DNA from: Ginglymostoma cirratum
Taxonomy: Eukaryota
NCBI GenBank assembly: GCA_024137785.1
Contig: JAHRHZ010000263.1
Location: 23,581,254 to 23,645,253, forward strand
Direction of reading: 5' to 3'
DNA length: 64,000 nt
The notes under the pieces were generated by a model. That model was not told the origin of the DNA, made no database searches, and was given only the letters and a program-made list of their open reading frames with translations. The position numbers and the translations under genes were made by a program. Shown here piece after piece: positions 1 to 12,696 of this stretch. Within the stretch, counting starts at the first letter, position 1; every line of letters starts with the position of its first letter.

Positions 1-149
1 CCCTTCATCAGAAATGCATTTCTGATGAAGGGTTTAGGCCCGAAACGTCAAGTTTTCCTGCTCCTATGATGCTGCTTGACCTGCTGTGTTCATCCAGCCC
101 CATGCTTGTTATCTCGGATTCTCCAGCATCTGCAGTACCTTTTATCTCT
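1..149 (+). mobile_element. Short palindromic Penelope-derived (pLTR-like) non-autonomous element, cut by the window edge
   Basis: Bases 1-32 are a perfect palindrome (cccttcatcagaaatg|catttctgatgaaggg). The right arm is nearly identical to 35638-35762 and related to 38708-38785 and to the 3' end of the PLE at 8069-8195. Confidence 0.75.
18..53 (+). ncRNA. Minimal type I hammerhead ribozyme motif with intact core
   Basis: Stem I ATTT(18-21)/AAGT(50-53); CTGATGA 22-28; extra A29; stem II GGGT/GCCC 30-41; GAAA 42-45; palindromic ACGT as minimal stem III; predicted cleavage after GTC (C49). Confidence 0.65.
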
Positions 150-2010
150 AATGCTCTGGGTACATGGCTTCAAATCACACCGTTGCAGCTACAGGAATTT
201 AATTTCAATTAACGCATTTGGAATTTTAAGAAGTGTTGATAGTTGTTAAAAAAAAATCCATCTGGTTCAGTAATGTTCTTTACAGAAGGAAATCCTCCAT
301 CCTTATTTGGTCTGCTTCGTTTGCGTTCCTAGTTCCACAGCAATGTGGTTAACTCTGCTATGGCCTAGTGTCACTTGTATCAAATTGCTACAGAGTCTTC
401 AAAGGTTGAAACCAGATAGCATTGCCTTAGAGACCAGAAACAACAGCAAAACTAGTCCTATTGAACTCGTAAAGCTGTCCTTGCTAACATCTGGAGCTTG
501 TATCAAATTTGGGAGAACTATCCCACAGATTAATCAAGAAGCAGTCTGATGTAGTCATATTCACCAAATCACACTTTTCAGACAATATCTCAGATACCAC
601 TATCATTATCCCTGGGAATATCCTATCCTACTGGCAGAACAGATGTCACAGAGATGGTGATACAGTAGTATACAGTGTAGGGAAATTGTCCTGAAAGTTA
701 TCAACCTTGATGCTAGACTCCATGAAGTCTCATGGAATCAGGTCAAACATGGGCAAGGAAACTTCCTGTTGATGACCACCTACCACCCTTCTGGATGATT
801 CCTCTATTTTTAACATCAAATAGAATAAACACTGAGGGTGGTAATGGTACAGAATATACTCTGGCCAGGAGATTTCAATGTCTAACACCTAAGAGTGATT
901 CAGTGCCACCACTGCTGACCAAGCTGGCTGAATGCTGAAAGACATCGTTACAAGACTGGATCTATGGCAGGTTGTAAGAAAATCTAACTTAATCTAGCCC
1001 TCACCAATCTACCTGTTGCAGATGAATTCTGTCCAGGACCATATTGATAGCAGTGACCACTGCCCGGTCCTTGTGAAAATGAAGTCCTGTCTTCACATTG
1101 AGGATATTCTCAATCAGGTTGTGTGGCACTGCTATTTTGCTCGGTGGGATTGATTTCAAACAGATCTAGCAATATTAGAATGGGAATCCATGAGACTCCA
1201 TGGGCAATCAGCAGCAGAATTGGATCCAAACACAATCTGTAAACTCATGACCCAGCTAATTATCCAATCTTCCGCTAGCAGCCAGGGATCAACACTTGTT
1301 CAATGAACACTCCAGGAAGGTATACCTGGAGCTGCACTAGGTATACCTAAAAATGAGGTGACAATTTGATGAAGGTCCAATTTAGGATTACTTGCATCCC
1401 AAACAGCAGATGCACCATGCTAGTCAATCACACAGCTGTGAGGTCTAAGCTCTGCAATCCTGCTACATTCGCCCATGAATGGTTGTGGGCAGTTAAGCAA
1501 CTAACAGGAGGAGGAAGCTCCAGCCTTACTGATGGAGGGACCCAGCACATCAGTGCAAAAGCAAAACTGAAGTATTTTCAACCATCTTCAACCCAAAGTA
1601 CCAAGTGGATTATACATTTTAGACTGTTCTTGAAGTTCCCAACATTATAGATAGAAGTGTTCAGCCTATTCAATTTACACTGTCATATTAAAAAAAAAAT
1701 TGGCTGAAGGCACTCTAAGTTTGTGAGCCCTGACAAAATTTCACAGTACTTGTGCTCCAGAATTAATAGTGCCCCTAAATAAGCTCTTCTAGTTGAGTTA
1801 TGATGCTAGCATCTACCCGATAATGTGGAAAATTGCCTGGATATGTCTAGTGTATATAAAGCTCAACAAATCCATCTGGCCAATTACCACTTCATCAGTT
1901 GACTCTCAATCATCAGAAAGAGCAGGCTGGGAATTCAATGGTGTGTAAGTTTCCCTAATTCATCGAAGCCTGCTCACCATCCACTAGGCATAAGTGTGAT
2001 GGAATACTCT
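150..2010 (+). mobile_element. Decayed L2/CR1-group LINE (tRNA-like head, APE endonuclease, start of RT)
   Basis: Remnants include LLTNIWxLVSNLGELSHRLIKKQSDVVIFT (APE start, about 480-570), SDHCPVL (about 1050) and NYHFISxLSII (about 1880). Many stops and frameshifts. Confidence 0.7.
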
Positions 2011-2011
2011 T

Positions 2012-2985
2012 TAAGAACATAAGAACTAGGAGCAGGAATAGGCCGTCCGGCCCTTCGAGCCTGCTCCGCCATTCAATAAGATCATGGCTGATCTTTTTGT
2101 GGACTCAGATCTACTTACCCGCGCTCTCACCGTATCCCTTAATTCCTTCATTGTTCAAAAAAAAATCTACCTTAGCTTTAAAAATGTTTACTGAACTAGC
2201 GTCAACTACTTCACTGAGCAAGGAATTCCATAGATTAACTACCTTCTGGGTGGAGAAGTTCCTCCTCAATTCAGTCCTAAATCTGCTCCCTCTAATCTTG
2301 AGGCTATGCCCTCTTGTCCTAGCTTCACCTGCCAATGGGAACATCCTCTCTACTTCTATCTTATCTATTCCCTTCATAATTTTATATGTTTTTACAAGAT
2401 CCCCCCTCAATCTTCTCAATTCCAATGAATAAATCCCAATCTACTCAGTCTCTCCTCATAAGTCAACCCCCTCAACTCTGGAATCAACCTAGTGAACCTC
2501 CTCTGCATCCCCTCCAGTGCCAGTACATCCTTTCTCAAGTAAGGAGACCAAAACTGCACACAGTACTCCAGGTGTGGCCTCACCAGCACCTTGTACAGCT
2601 GCAACATAACCTCTCTGCTTTTAAACTCAATCCCTTTAGCAATGAAGGACAAAATTCCATTTGCCTTCCTAATTACTTGTTGTACCTGCAGACCAACCTT
2701 CTGTGATTCATGCACAAGGACACGCAGGTCCCTCTGCATAGCAGCATACTGCAACTTTTTACCATTCAAGTAATAGTTCTTTCTACTATTACTCCTACCA
2801 AACTGTACGACTTCACATTTATTTACATTGTATTCCATTCCCCAGACCTTTGCCCACTCACTCAATGTATCTATGTTCCTCTGCAAAGTTTCACAGTCCT
2901 CTGCACACTTTGCTCTGCCACTCATTTTAGTGTCATCTGCAAACTTTGACACCCTACACGTGGTCCCCAACTCCAAATCATCTGT
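2012..2985 (-). mobile_element. 5'-truncated CR1 LINE (relatively young)
   Basis: ORFs 2416-2976 and 2111-2425 give SKFADDTK...LVRPHLEYCVQFWSPY...RRLRGDL...RTRGHSLKI (CR1 RT C-terminus). TTCTTATG-type 3' tail at 2012-2027. Possible TSD atactctt/atactatt. Confidence 0.92.
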
Positions 2986-3015
2986 ATACTATTTACTTGC
3001 ATGAATAAGTACAGC

Positions 3016-4775
3016 ACTTTTGTCCATGGTTGGACCAAGGCTATAATGAGGCCAGGAGCTGACTGGTCTATTAGAATTTAAACTGATTTCAGTGAGCAAG
3101 GTTATTGGTAAATAAATGCTATTGTTAGCACTATTGATGACACCTTCCTTCACTTTACTGTTAATAAAAGTAGATTCATGAAGTGCCAATTGGACATGTT
3201 GAATTTATCCTGCTATTTGTGTACAGGACATACCTGGACAACTTTCTGCATTGCCTGGTAATGCCACTTTTGTAACTGTACTGGAACAGTTTGGTTAGGG
3301 GCGTGGCAAGTACTGGAGCATGCATCTTTTCTCCTGTTGCTAGAATGTTGTCAGGGCCCATTGCCTTTGCAGTATCCAGAAACTTCAGCCTTTTCTTGAT
3401 AACATGTGCAGTGAATGGAATTGGTTAAAGACTAGTATCTGTGATGCAGTGAACCTCCAGAGGCTGCCAAAACAAATCATCCATTAGGCACTTCTGGCTG
3501 AAGATTTCTCCAAGCGATTAAGCCTTAACTTTGGCACCAATGTGCTAGGCACCCCCATTATTAAGCTTGGGAATATTTGTGGAATATCCACCTCTAGTGA
3601 GTTGTTTAATTACCCACTATCCATTCACAGCGAATGTAGCAGGACTGCAGAACTTTGATTTATTCCATTGGATATTAAATTCCTTAGTCCCGTGCTGTTG
3701 GCACACAAGTAGTCCTGTGGTGTAGCTTTACCAGGTTGACACCTCATTTTCAGGTATGCCTGATACTGCTCCTGGCATACTTTCCTACCTGCTTAATTGA
3801 ACTAGGCTTGATGTTAATGGAAGTGTGAAGGATATCCAAGGTTATGAAGTTGCTGCTGTTGATGGCCCATATCACCTATGGATGACCAGTTTTGAATTGC
3901 TAGATCTATTCAAAGTTAAGATGCCTCCGTTTTGAAATCCATTTGGCATGGTCATAGTGCCACTCATGGAGGGTATCCTCAGTGTGAAGACGGGACTTTG
4001 CCTCCAGAAGGACTATGCAGTGGTCATTCTTACTGATGCCTGCACAACCCTCAGTGCTTCCTCTAAATGGATTTCAAAATGGAGGTGTCTTGATTCAGCA
4101 GTTGATGAGAGTGGTGGGAGGCTTGTGGAACAATGTATTCAGCAGGAACTTCCTTGTCCATGCTTGGCATCTGAAATCAATATTGAGGATTCCTAGAACA
4201 ACTACTTCTCTCCTGTATACCTCTTCTTGATAACTTGCTGGTGGACTAGAAAGTTCTGAGATTTGGTGATGGTGTTGTCTGGGACATTGAAAAGTACAAT
4301 TCTATTGAGAATTACTGTCAGGTGTTGCTTGATTGTGAGGCAGGTCTCCCAAGTTTGACAATAACTCATAGATAATAGTAAGGAGGGTTTTACAGAATCA
4401 ACAAGGCTGAGTTTGCCACTGTTAATTCTGGTGCCTAGATCTATGTCAGATGGTTTATCCTGTTTCACACCGTTTTGAGACTGATTAGCAGTTTGATATA
4501 ACTGAATGGCTTGCTAGATTATTTCATAGGGTAGTTGAGAGTCAATCATATTGTTGTGTGTCTGGAATAGGTCAGACCAGGTAAAGATGATAAGATTTCT
4601 GTCCCTAAAAGGTATCAGTGAACCAGATGTTTTTTATGATAAGCAGCAATAGTTTCACGATCAACATTTGACTTTTAACTCAAATCCCACAACTGGGAAT
4701 CAAACCTAGGTTCCCAGCATATTATCTGGGTCTCCACATTACTAATACAGCAACAATGTCACCACACCATCCCAT
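3016..4775 (-). mobile_element. Decayed L2/CR1-group LINE, same family as 150-2010, opposite orientation
   Basis: Reverse complement aligns by eye to 150-1950 (GPDNI motif near 3355, APE start near 4340-4390, same 5' head at 4490-4775). Confidence 0.7.
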
Positions 4776-6989
4776 CCTCATGTCCTTTTAGGCAGGAAAG
4801 TATGTGTGTAATCACAGTTGTTAGGGCCAGGTGAAGACAGTAAAATCAACCCTCCTCTTTTCAACATCTCCACATTGGCCACACAAAGAATTACTTTTCT
4901 TTTCAGCACGAGACCTTGTAGTTAACTGACTTCTACTATTTAGCAAGGAGCCAATTACACAGTTTGTTGAATGAAAGAAAAAACAATTTTATTCTCTGCT
5001 AACCCTAAGAAAAATAATGAAGTTGTGACATACAACATACACACAGGTACAAAGTTGAAAAGAAATATTGTCCAATGTGAAAGTATAAAAGAATATATTG
5101 TTTAAAGTCATTCGGGTGTCCTTGAACTGTAAGGTTTTAACCTAGGACCATAATTGTTCAATTGATATCTTAAATCACCAGCAGTTGCAAAAATTGCAAA
5201 TACACTTCTTAATTTTTTGATGCTCTGATGTCTGTCTTCAATCTGTTCTGTTAATAGTTTCCTCGAGAGCAGACAGTACGTACAATGCAGCTGGATCCAT
5301 GTCAGTTCTGCAGTCAAAAATCCATCCCATTGATCTGTCAAAAGCAATTGCTTTAAAAATAAGCTGGTTTATGTATTTCCATATCTAGTTTCATTGTCTT
5401 CAAGCTTGATAATTGCAGATGATGTTTGTCATATCAATATGTGAAATTTCTTATATTGGTTAAATCAAAATAGGAGTAGAGTCTTTTCAAACTTGACTGA
5501 CATGACTAGTTTCAGTGTCTTTTGATAAAATATCGGTTTCAGTTTAGAGTTGTGTTTATTCCACATTGGTTTCATGAAGCATGGCTAATTTGTGTGGTCA
5601 GTAGATTGTTTTGGCCATTTTAAGTATATTAATTATTCCTTTTATTCAAAGAATATCTATCCATGAAAATTCCAAATATTAAATCAAATCCAAATACCAA
5701 ACATTCATATTTCATATCATCATAATGAGTCTAATAAAATGAATATCCATAAGGATAAGAGTGGCCAACTCAAAATTCAGGCAAAAGTGCTCCAGAATTT
5801 ACAGAGAATCAAATCGTTAAAATGATTAAATGATAATGTTGCCAGTCATGTCAACTATGCACTCCAGAACTCTGGTGCCCATTGCATATAGAAGGCCTCA
5901 GGCATACCAGCAGACACATCATGCTCCTTCTCCAGGCCACATGGGAGTGGAAAATCTATAGAAGAGAGGCAAACAGCCAGTGTAACCAACAATATGAGCC
6001 TACTTCAACATCTATCTGTGAATACCATTTTTTTTTGGTCATGGCAAGGAGATTCATGAAAGGTTCCTCCAACATGTCCACCCTCCCTTACAGAGTAGTC
6101 AAAGATCAGCCTCGTCGTAATTAAGTATCAAACAATGAGGAGCATCCTTCAAGTAATGGAATATGGGCTGCAACACTTCAGTCTATTAATACATAATACA
6201 TAGACTAATTCAGGCGACAAAAGCTACAGGCTGTCTGGGAATCAATGATGACACTTAAAGTTTAGTAGACGGAACCATGTATAACTTTTTAGCTTGCTCG
6301 CAAAGGTGCTGTGGAAGAGTGAAATGGAGAGAGCCCTGCATGCCAGATATAATTTGTTGATAAGCAGTGTTTTTGCATCATACATGTTTTTGGAAAATAC
6401 AATCAATGTCTGTATCTGAAGAAGTTCATATTTACTATGCATTCTTGGGTCCCCTGAGAAGGGACGGTGACCAACTTTTGCTAATTCTGGAGCCTTTTTA
6501 GTGATTGTAGGCCCAGTGGCCATCCTGCTGGCATGTTTGAAACCAAGTATGCTCATTAAATAAACATGTGCCCTTCATACCACCGTCCTGCCACCCCTAA
6601 CCTGTCTCCCATATTGTAGGCCACACATCCAAATAATGGCTGCCCAAGAACCTCATTTCACACACATCTTTATTTTATGTGCAGCACATGAAGGCAAGAA
6701 TGTACGCCAGAAGCTTTCACTGCTGGGCTACTATGAGCAGAAAGGCAGGTACTCCCTTTGTGTGGGTTCCTTGTATTTATTGGGGTCAATCTTGCTGAAA
6801 GTTTTGCCTCCCTTTAACATTCAATTCTAGAGTCAGCCAGGCTCATACAAAATCTCAGACTTACTTTTAAGTCCAAACTCTTATCAGTTTCCCCTTCAGG
6901 GTTTGTCGGTATTCTCAACAGTCACTGGCTGTTCCTGGCATTGTTGTGACTAACAGCTAGTCGTCAATTGTGTTGACATGCAGCTTTAT

Positions 6990-7962
6990 AGGGACGGATG
7001 TCCTCTTGCTCGGGATCAGAAGTACAATTGTGAAAAGGTATGGTTGCTTCCAATGTAATATCACTGCTGAGCAGCCAGGTTTCAGCTGGGTCGACTACCA
7101 AACAACCTTTTGGTTGAGGGGATATGGGATATACAGCATTCCTAAACGAGAATGCCACTACCATTACAAAATTCATTGGTAAGTATGTAAACTAAGTAAA
7201 TCTGAATGTTCCCCAACCGGAAACCATGGATGAACAGGGAGATCTGCTCCCTACTAAGTCTAGGTCTGAGGAATGCAAGTCAAGCAACCCTGAATTCTAC
7301 AGAAAATCCAGGTACGACCTTCATGAGGCCATTAGAGATGCCAAGAGGCAATACCAAACTAAGCTTGAGACCTAGAACAACCATACAGACATCCACCATT
7401 TGTGGGAAAGCTTACATGACATAACAGGCTACAAAATGAAGTCAAACAGAATTGCAGGCAACAGAACACCCGTACCGATGAGGAAAATACATTCTAGGCT
7501 CGCTTTGGACAGAAGGTCAGTGAAATGCTGTCACCTATCCCAACAGTCACGGATGCACTTGTTGTCACAGTCACTGACACAGACATTAGATTGGCCTTCT
7601 TGACAGTGAACCCACAGAAAGCAACTGGCTTGGATAGAGAGCAGACCAGCTAGCAGGAGCATTTGCAGACGACTGTACCCTCTCCTTACTACAATCTGAC
7701 GTCACCACCTGTTTCAAGAAGACCACCATCATTCCTGTGCCAAAGAAAAGTCATGTTGTAAGGATCAATGACTATCACCTGGTGGCTCTGATCTCAATAA
7801 TTATGAAGTGCTTCAAGAAGTCAGTCATAGCTCACGTCAACCCCAGCCTACCAAATTGCCATTACTCCTTTACAATTCACCTACTGGTACAACAGGTCCA
7901 CAGCAGGTGTCATTTCCTTAGTCCCACATTCATCCGTGGAACATCTGGATCAAGGATACCTA
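6990..7962 (+). mobile_element. Rex1/Babar-type LINE fragment
   Basis: FPNRKPWMN, CFKKTTIIPVPKK and NDYHLVALISIIMKCF motifs; interrupted at 7963 by a PLE terminus. Confidence 0.8.
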
Positions 7963-8062
7963 CGATGTGGAGGTGCCGGTATTGGACTGGGGTGGACAAG
8001 GTCAGAAATCACCCGACACCAGGTTATTGTCCAACAGGTTTATTTGAGAAAAGCTTTTGGAG
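7963..8062 (-). mobile_element. PLE family A terminus; the element resumes at about 9557-9786 and 11778-12138
   Basis: gatgtggaggtgccggtattggactggggtg...aagcttttggag, repeated at 12591-12693. Joined to 9557-9575, the - strand reads CTGAAGAA-GGAG..CTCC-AAAAGCTT, a hammerhead-like core. Confidence 0.6.
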
Positions 8063-8068
8063 TCTGAC

Positions 8069-9556
8069 AGAGATAGCAACAAGTAGTTGGAGTCAGAGAT
8101 GGCACAGTGTGGAGCTGAAGGAACACAGCAGGCCAGGCAGCATCAGTGGAAAAGGAAAATTGACATTTCGGGTCAGGACTCTTCTGCAGAAATGGGGAGG
8201 GGAAGGAAGCTGGGAAATAAATAGAGAGGAGGAGTGGGGCTGGGGAAGGTAGGTGGGATGGTGATAAGTAAGTGCAGGTAGGCAGTGGTGTGGATTGGTC
8301 AGTGAGGTGGGACGGGCGGACAGGTGGGAGACAAGATGGACACATTGTGTCAAGTCAAGGAGACGGGGACGAGAGGGAGGGGAGATTTTAAAACTGGTAA
8401 AATCCATGTTTAGGCCATTGGGCTGTTGGCTCCCAAGGTGGAATATGAAGTGTTACTCCTCCAGATTGCGGGTGGCATCATTGTGACACTGGAGGAGGCC
8501 CAGGATGGACATGTCACCCAGGGAGTGGGAGGGGGAGTTAAGATCGTTCGGGACGGGCAGGTGTTGTCGTTTGTTGCGAACAGAGCGCAGATGCTCTACA
8601 AAACAGTCTCGGAGTCTCTGCTTCGTCTCATCGATGTAGAAGTGGCCACATCAGGAGCAGCAGATGCAATAGACCAAGTTGATGGATGTGCAGGTGAACC
8701 CCTGTCTAATGTGGAAGGTTTATTTTGTACCTTGAATGGAAGCGAGGGGGGAGGTGTAGGGGCAGGTGTAGCACTTCCTGTGGTTGCAGGGAAAGGTGCC
8801 GGGAGTGGTGGGATGAGTGGGGAGTGTGGCGTGGATGAGGAAGTCGCGGAGAGAGCGGTCCCTACAAAAGGCAAGTGGGATTGGGAGGGAAATAAATCTT
8901 TGGTTGTGGGGTCAGATTGTAGGTGGCGGAAGTGGCAGAGAATGATACATTGGATGCGGAGATTGGTGGGGTGATATGTGGGGACAAGAGGGATTCTGTC
9001 TTTATTTTTGTTGGGGGGAGAAGATGTGAAGGCAGAACAGTGAGAAATGCAAGAGATGTGGTTGAGGGCATTTTCGATCATCAGAGGGGGAAGTTACAGT
9101 CCTTGAAATAGGAGGACATCTGTGATGTGTGGGAGTGGAGCACCCCATCTTGGGAGCAGACATGGCGGAAGCAAGGAATTAGGAGTAGGGGATCGCATTC
9201 TTGCAGGAAGGTGGGTGAGAGGAGGTATAGTCTAGGTAGCTATGGGAATCGGTTGGCTTGAATTAGATGTCGGTTTTGAGGTCGTCAGCAAAGATGGAGT
9301 CAGAGAGGTCCAGGAAGGAGAGGGTGGTATCGAAGATGGTCCAGGTGAATTTAAGATTGAGGTAGAAGGTATTAGTAAAGTTGATGAACTGTTCAAGCTC
9401 CTTGAGGGAGCACAAGGCAGCGCCGATACAGTGATCAATGTAGCAGAGGAAGAGGTGGGGGATAGTGCCTGTGTAGCAGCAGAAGAGACTCTGTTCCGTG
9501 TCTCCTACAAAGAGGCAGGCATAGCTTGGGCCCATGCGGGTGCCCATGGCCACCCC
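8069..9556 (-). mobile_element. 5'-truncated Penelope-like element (Neptune-type RT plus GIY-YIG) with 3' hammerhead-like terminus
   Basis: RT: AMGTRMGPSYACLFVG...CYIDHCIG...LKFTW...LSFLDL (9263-9553). Linker RIPLVPTYHP. GIY-YIG remnant SNLVYCICCS*CGHFYIDETKQRLRDCFVEHL (about 8580-8682). Core CTGCAGAAGAGTCCTGACCCGAAATGTC at 8162-8189. Confidence 0.88.
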
Positions 9557-9786
9557 CTTACTCCTTCTTCAGATGTTAGTGAGAGAGGTAGTATCAGACA
9601 CAGAATTTATAAGTAAAAGATCAAAGGGTCACACCACTGTTGAGGATGTACTAAACAAATCTAAGATGCTGTTAAATCTTTAATCATTTAGAATGTTTTA
9701 ATTGATTAATATGTATATGTAAATCCCTAAATTCCTTTGAAGTCACTGTCCTAAGAGAACAAAAGGTTTTAGCAGTGTAAAGAAGA

Positions 9787-11777
9787 TCCTTGAGGCAAGG
9801 AAGGGATGGGAAGGTGAAGGAACCTTGGGTGACAAGTCACGTGGGACATCTAGTCAAGAGGAAGAAGGAAGCTTACTTAAGGTTGAGGAAGCAAGGATCG
9901 GACAGGGCTCTAGAGGGTTACAAGGTAGCCAGGAAGGAACTGAAGAATGGACTTAGGAGAGCTCAAAGGGGGTATGAAAAAGCCTTGGCGAGTAAGATTA
10001 AGGAAAAACCTAAGGTGTCTATACTTATGTGAGGAACAAGAGGATAGCCACAGTGAGGTTAGGGCCGATCAGGGATAGTGGAGGGAACTTGTGTATGGAG
10101 TCGGAGGAGGTAGGGGAGGTCCTTAATGAATACTTTGCTTCAGTATTCACCAGTGAGAGGGACCTTGTAGTTTGTGACGACAGCATGAAACAGGCTGATA
10201 TGCTTGAACAGGTTGATATTAGGAAGGAGGATGTGCTAGAAATTTTGAAAAACATGAGGACAGATAGTCCCCTGGGCCAGATGGTCTCTATGGGAAGTGA
10301 GGGAAGAGGTTACTGCGCCTTTGACAATGATCTTTGCATCCTCACTGTCTACTGGAGTAGTACCAGATGATTGGAGGGTGACAGATGTTATTCCAATGTT
10401 CAAGGAAGGGAATAGGGATAATCCTGGGAATTACAGACCAGTCAGTCTTACTTCTGTGGTGGGCAAATTATTGGAGAGGATTCTAAGAGATAGTATTTAC
10501 GATTATTTGGAAAAGCACAGTTTGATTAGAAATAGCATGGCTTTGTGAGGGGCAGGTCATGCCTCACAAGCCTTATTGAATTCTTTGAAGATGTGACAAA
10601 ACACAGTGATGAAGGTTGAGCAGCGGATGTGGTGTATATGGACTTTAGCAAGGCATTTTATAAGATTCCCCATGGTAGGCTCATTCAGAAAGTAAGCAGA
10701 CATGGGATCCAGGGAAATTTGGCTGTTTGGATGCAGAATCGGCTGTCCAATAGAAGACAGAGGATGGCAGTAGAAGGAAAGTATTCAGCCTAGTACTCAG
10801 TGAACATAGGTGTTCTGCAGGGATCTGTTCTGGGACCTCTGCACTTTGTGCTTTTCATGAAAGACTTGGACGAGGAAGTGGAAGGATGGTTAGTAAGTTT
10901 GTCGATGACACAAAGGTTGGTGGAGTTCTGGATAGTGTGGAGGTATGTTGTAGATTGCAGCGGGACATCGACAGGGTGCAGAGCTGGGCAAGGAAGTGGC
11001 AGATGGAATTCAACCCAGAAAAGTGTGAAGTGATTCAGTTTGGAAGGTCAAATTTGAATGCAGGGTTAATGGCAGGATTCTTGGCAGTGTGGAGGAACAG
11101 TGGGATCTTGGGGTCTACATCCATAGATCCTTCAAAATTGCCACCCGAGTTGATAGAGTTGTTAAGAAGGCGTATGGTGTGTTGGCTTTCATTGGCAGGG
11201 GAATTGAGTTTAAGAGCCATGAGGTTATGCTGCAGCTCTATAAAACCCTGGTTAGACCACACTTGGAATATTGTGTTCAGTTCTGGTCGCCTCATTATAG
11301 GAAGGATGTGGAAGCTTTAGAGAGGGTGCAGAGGAGATTTACCAGGATGCTGCCTGGACTGGAAGGCAGGTCTTATGAGGAAAGGTTGAGGTAGCTAGGG
11401 CTTTTCTCATTGGAGCGAAGAAGGATAAGAGGTGACTTTGATAGAGGTGTACAAGATGATCACAAGCATAGATAAGAGTGGATAGCCAGAGGTTTTTTTC
11501 CCAGGGCAGCAATGACTATTACGAGGGGGCATAATTTTAATGTGATGGGAGGAATGTATAGGGGAGATGTCAGAGGTAGGTTCTTTGCACAGAGTGGTGA
11601 AATGCGCTGCCAGTGGTGGTAGTAGAGTGAGTTACATTAGGGACATTTAAGTGACTCTTGGATAGGCACATGGATGATCGTAAAACATTGGGTATGCAGC
11701 GTAGTTTGATCTTAGAGTAGGCTAATAGATTGGTACAACATCGTGGGCCCAAGGGCCTGTGCTGCACTGTTCTATGT
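9787..11777 (+). mobile_element. 5'-truncated CR1 LINE with target-site duplication
   Basis: ORF2 pieces LNEYFASVFT, GNYRPVSLTSVVGKLLE, QGSVLGP, SKFVDDTK, LVRPHLEYCVQFWSPHY. 3' tail ctgttctatgt. TSD taaagaaga at 9778-9786 and 11778-11786. Confidence 0.93.
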
Positions 11778-11779
11778 TA

Positions 11780-12575
11780 AAGAAGAGGTGACATTCCAGG
11801 TTAGACAATGCATGTTAGGTGTGAGGCCTTGTTTAGAATCTGTTTGTGTTTTGGTTTGGAGTCAGACTAGTTTTATTTTTAAATTAACTGACTGTCTATA
11901 AATTGAGTGCTTTTTGAACAAAATAGAACGTATCTGCAAATACAGATTCACCCTATAGATTTCATGTGTGTGTGTGAGAGAGAGAATGTGTGTGTGTGTA
12001 TGTGTGAGGGAGACAGAAACATACGCGCGTGCTTGAGAGACTGTGTGTGTGTATGAGAGAGGGTCTGTGTAAGAATGTATGTGTGTGAGAGAGACTGTGT
12101 GCATGAGAGGATCTGTGTGAGTGTGTGTGTATCTGTATNNNNNNNNNNNNNNNNNNNNNNNNNNNNNNNNNNNNNNNNNNNNNNNNNNNNNNNNNNNNNN
12201 NNNNNNNNNNNNNNNNNNNNNNNNNNNNNNNNNNNNNNNNNNNNNNNNNNNNNNNNNNNNNNNNNNNNNNNNNNNNNNNNNNNNNNNNNNNNNNNNNNNN
12301 NNNNNNNNNNNNNNNCCCATGCCCCCCTCCACACACACACTCTGTCTCTCTCTCTCTCACACACACATGAATCTATGCAGTGAATTTGTATTTGCAGATA
12401 CATTCTATGTTGCTGAAAAAACGCACAATTTATAGACAGTCAGTCAATGTGGTGTTTTATAAATTCCTACTTTAGAAATAAAACCAGTCAGACTCCAAAC
12501 CAAACCACAAGCAGATTCTCATCAAGGCCTCACACCTGACATGCACCGTCTGACCTAAAACATTACCTCTTCTTT
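11780..12575. repeat. Imperfect inverted repeat (PLE family A internal sequence with TG/CA microsatellite) around an assembly gap
   Basis: 11780-11975 is the diverged reverse complement of about 12350-12575. (TG)n/(GA)n on the left and (CA)n/(CT)n on the right of the N run 12139-12315. Confidence 0.8.
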
Positions 12576-12590
12576 ATTCTGATAAACATT

Positions 12591-12693
12591 GATGTGGAGG
12601 TGCCAGTGTTGGACTGGGGTGAACAAAGTCAGAAATCACATGACACCCAGGTCATACTCCAACAGGTTATTTGAAAACACAAGTCTTTGGAGC
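12591..12693 (-). mobile_element. PLE family A terminus, second copy
   Basis: Direct repeat of 7963-8062. Confidence 0.65.
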
Positions 12694-12696
12694 CTC

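Noticed and set aside
8426-9616. + strand ORFs of 182 and 124 aa
   Set aside because: Antisense shadows of the - strand Penelope-like RT/GIY-YIG.
11862-12435. ORFs rich in X and HT/CV repeats (likewise 21538-22392 and 38096-38810)
   Set aside because: Artefacts of N gaps and TG/CA microsatellites.
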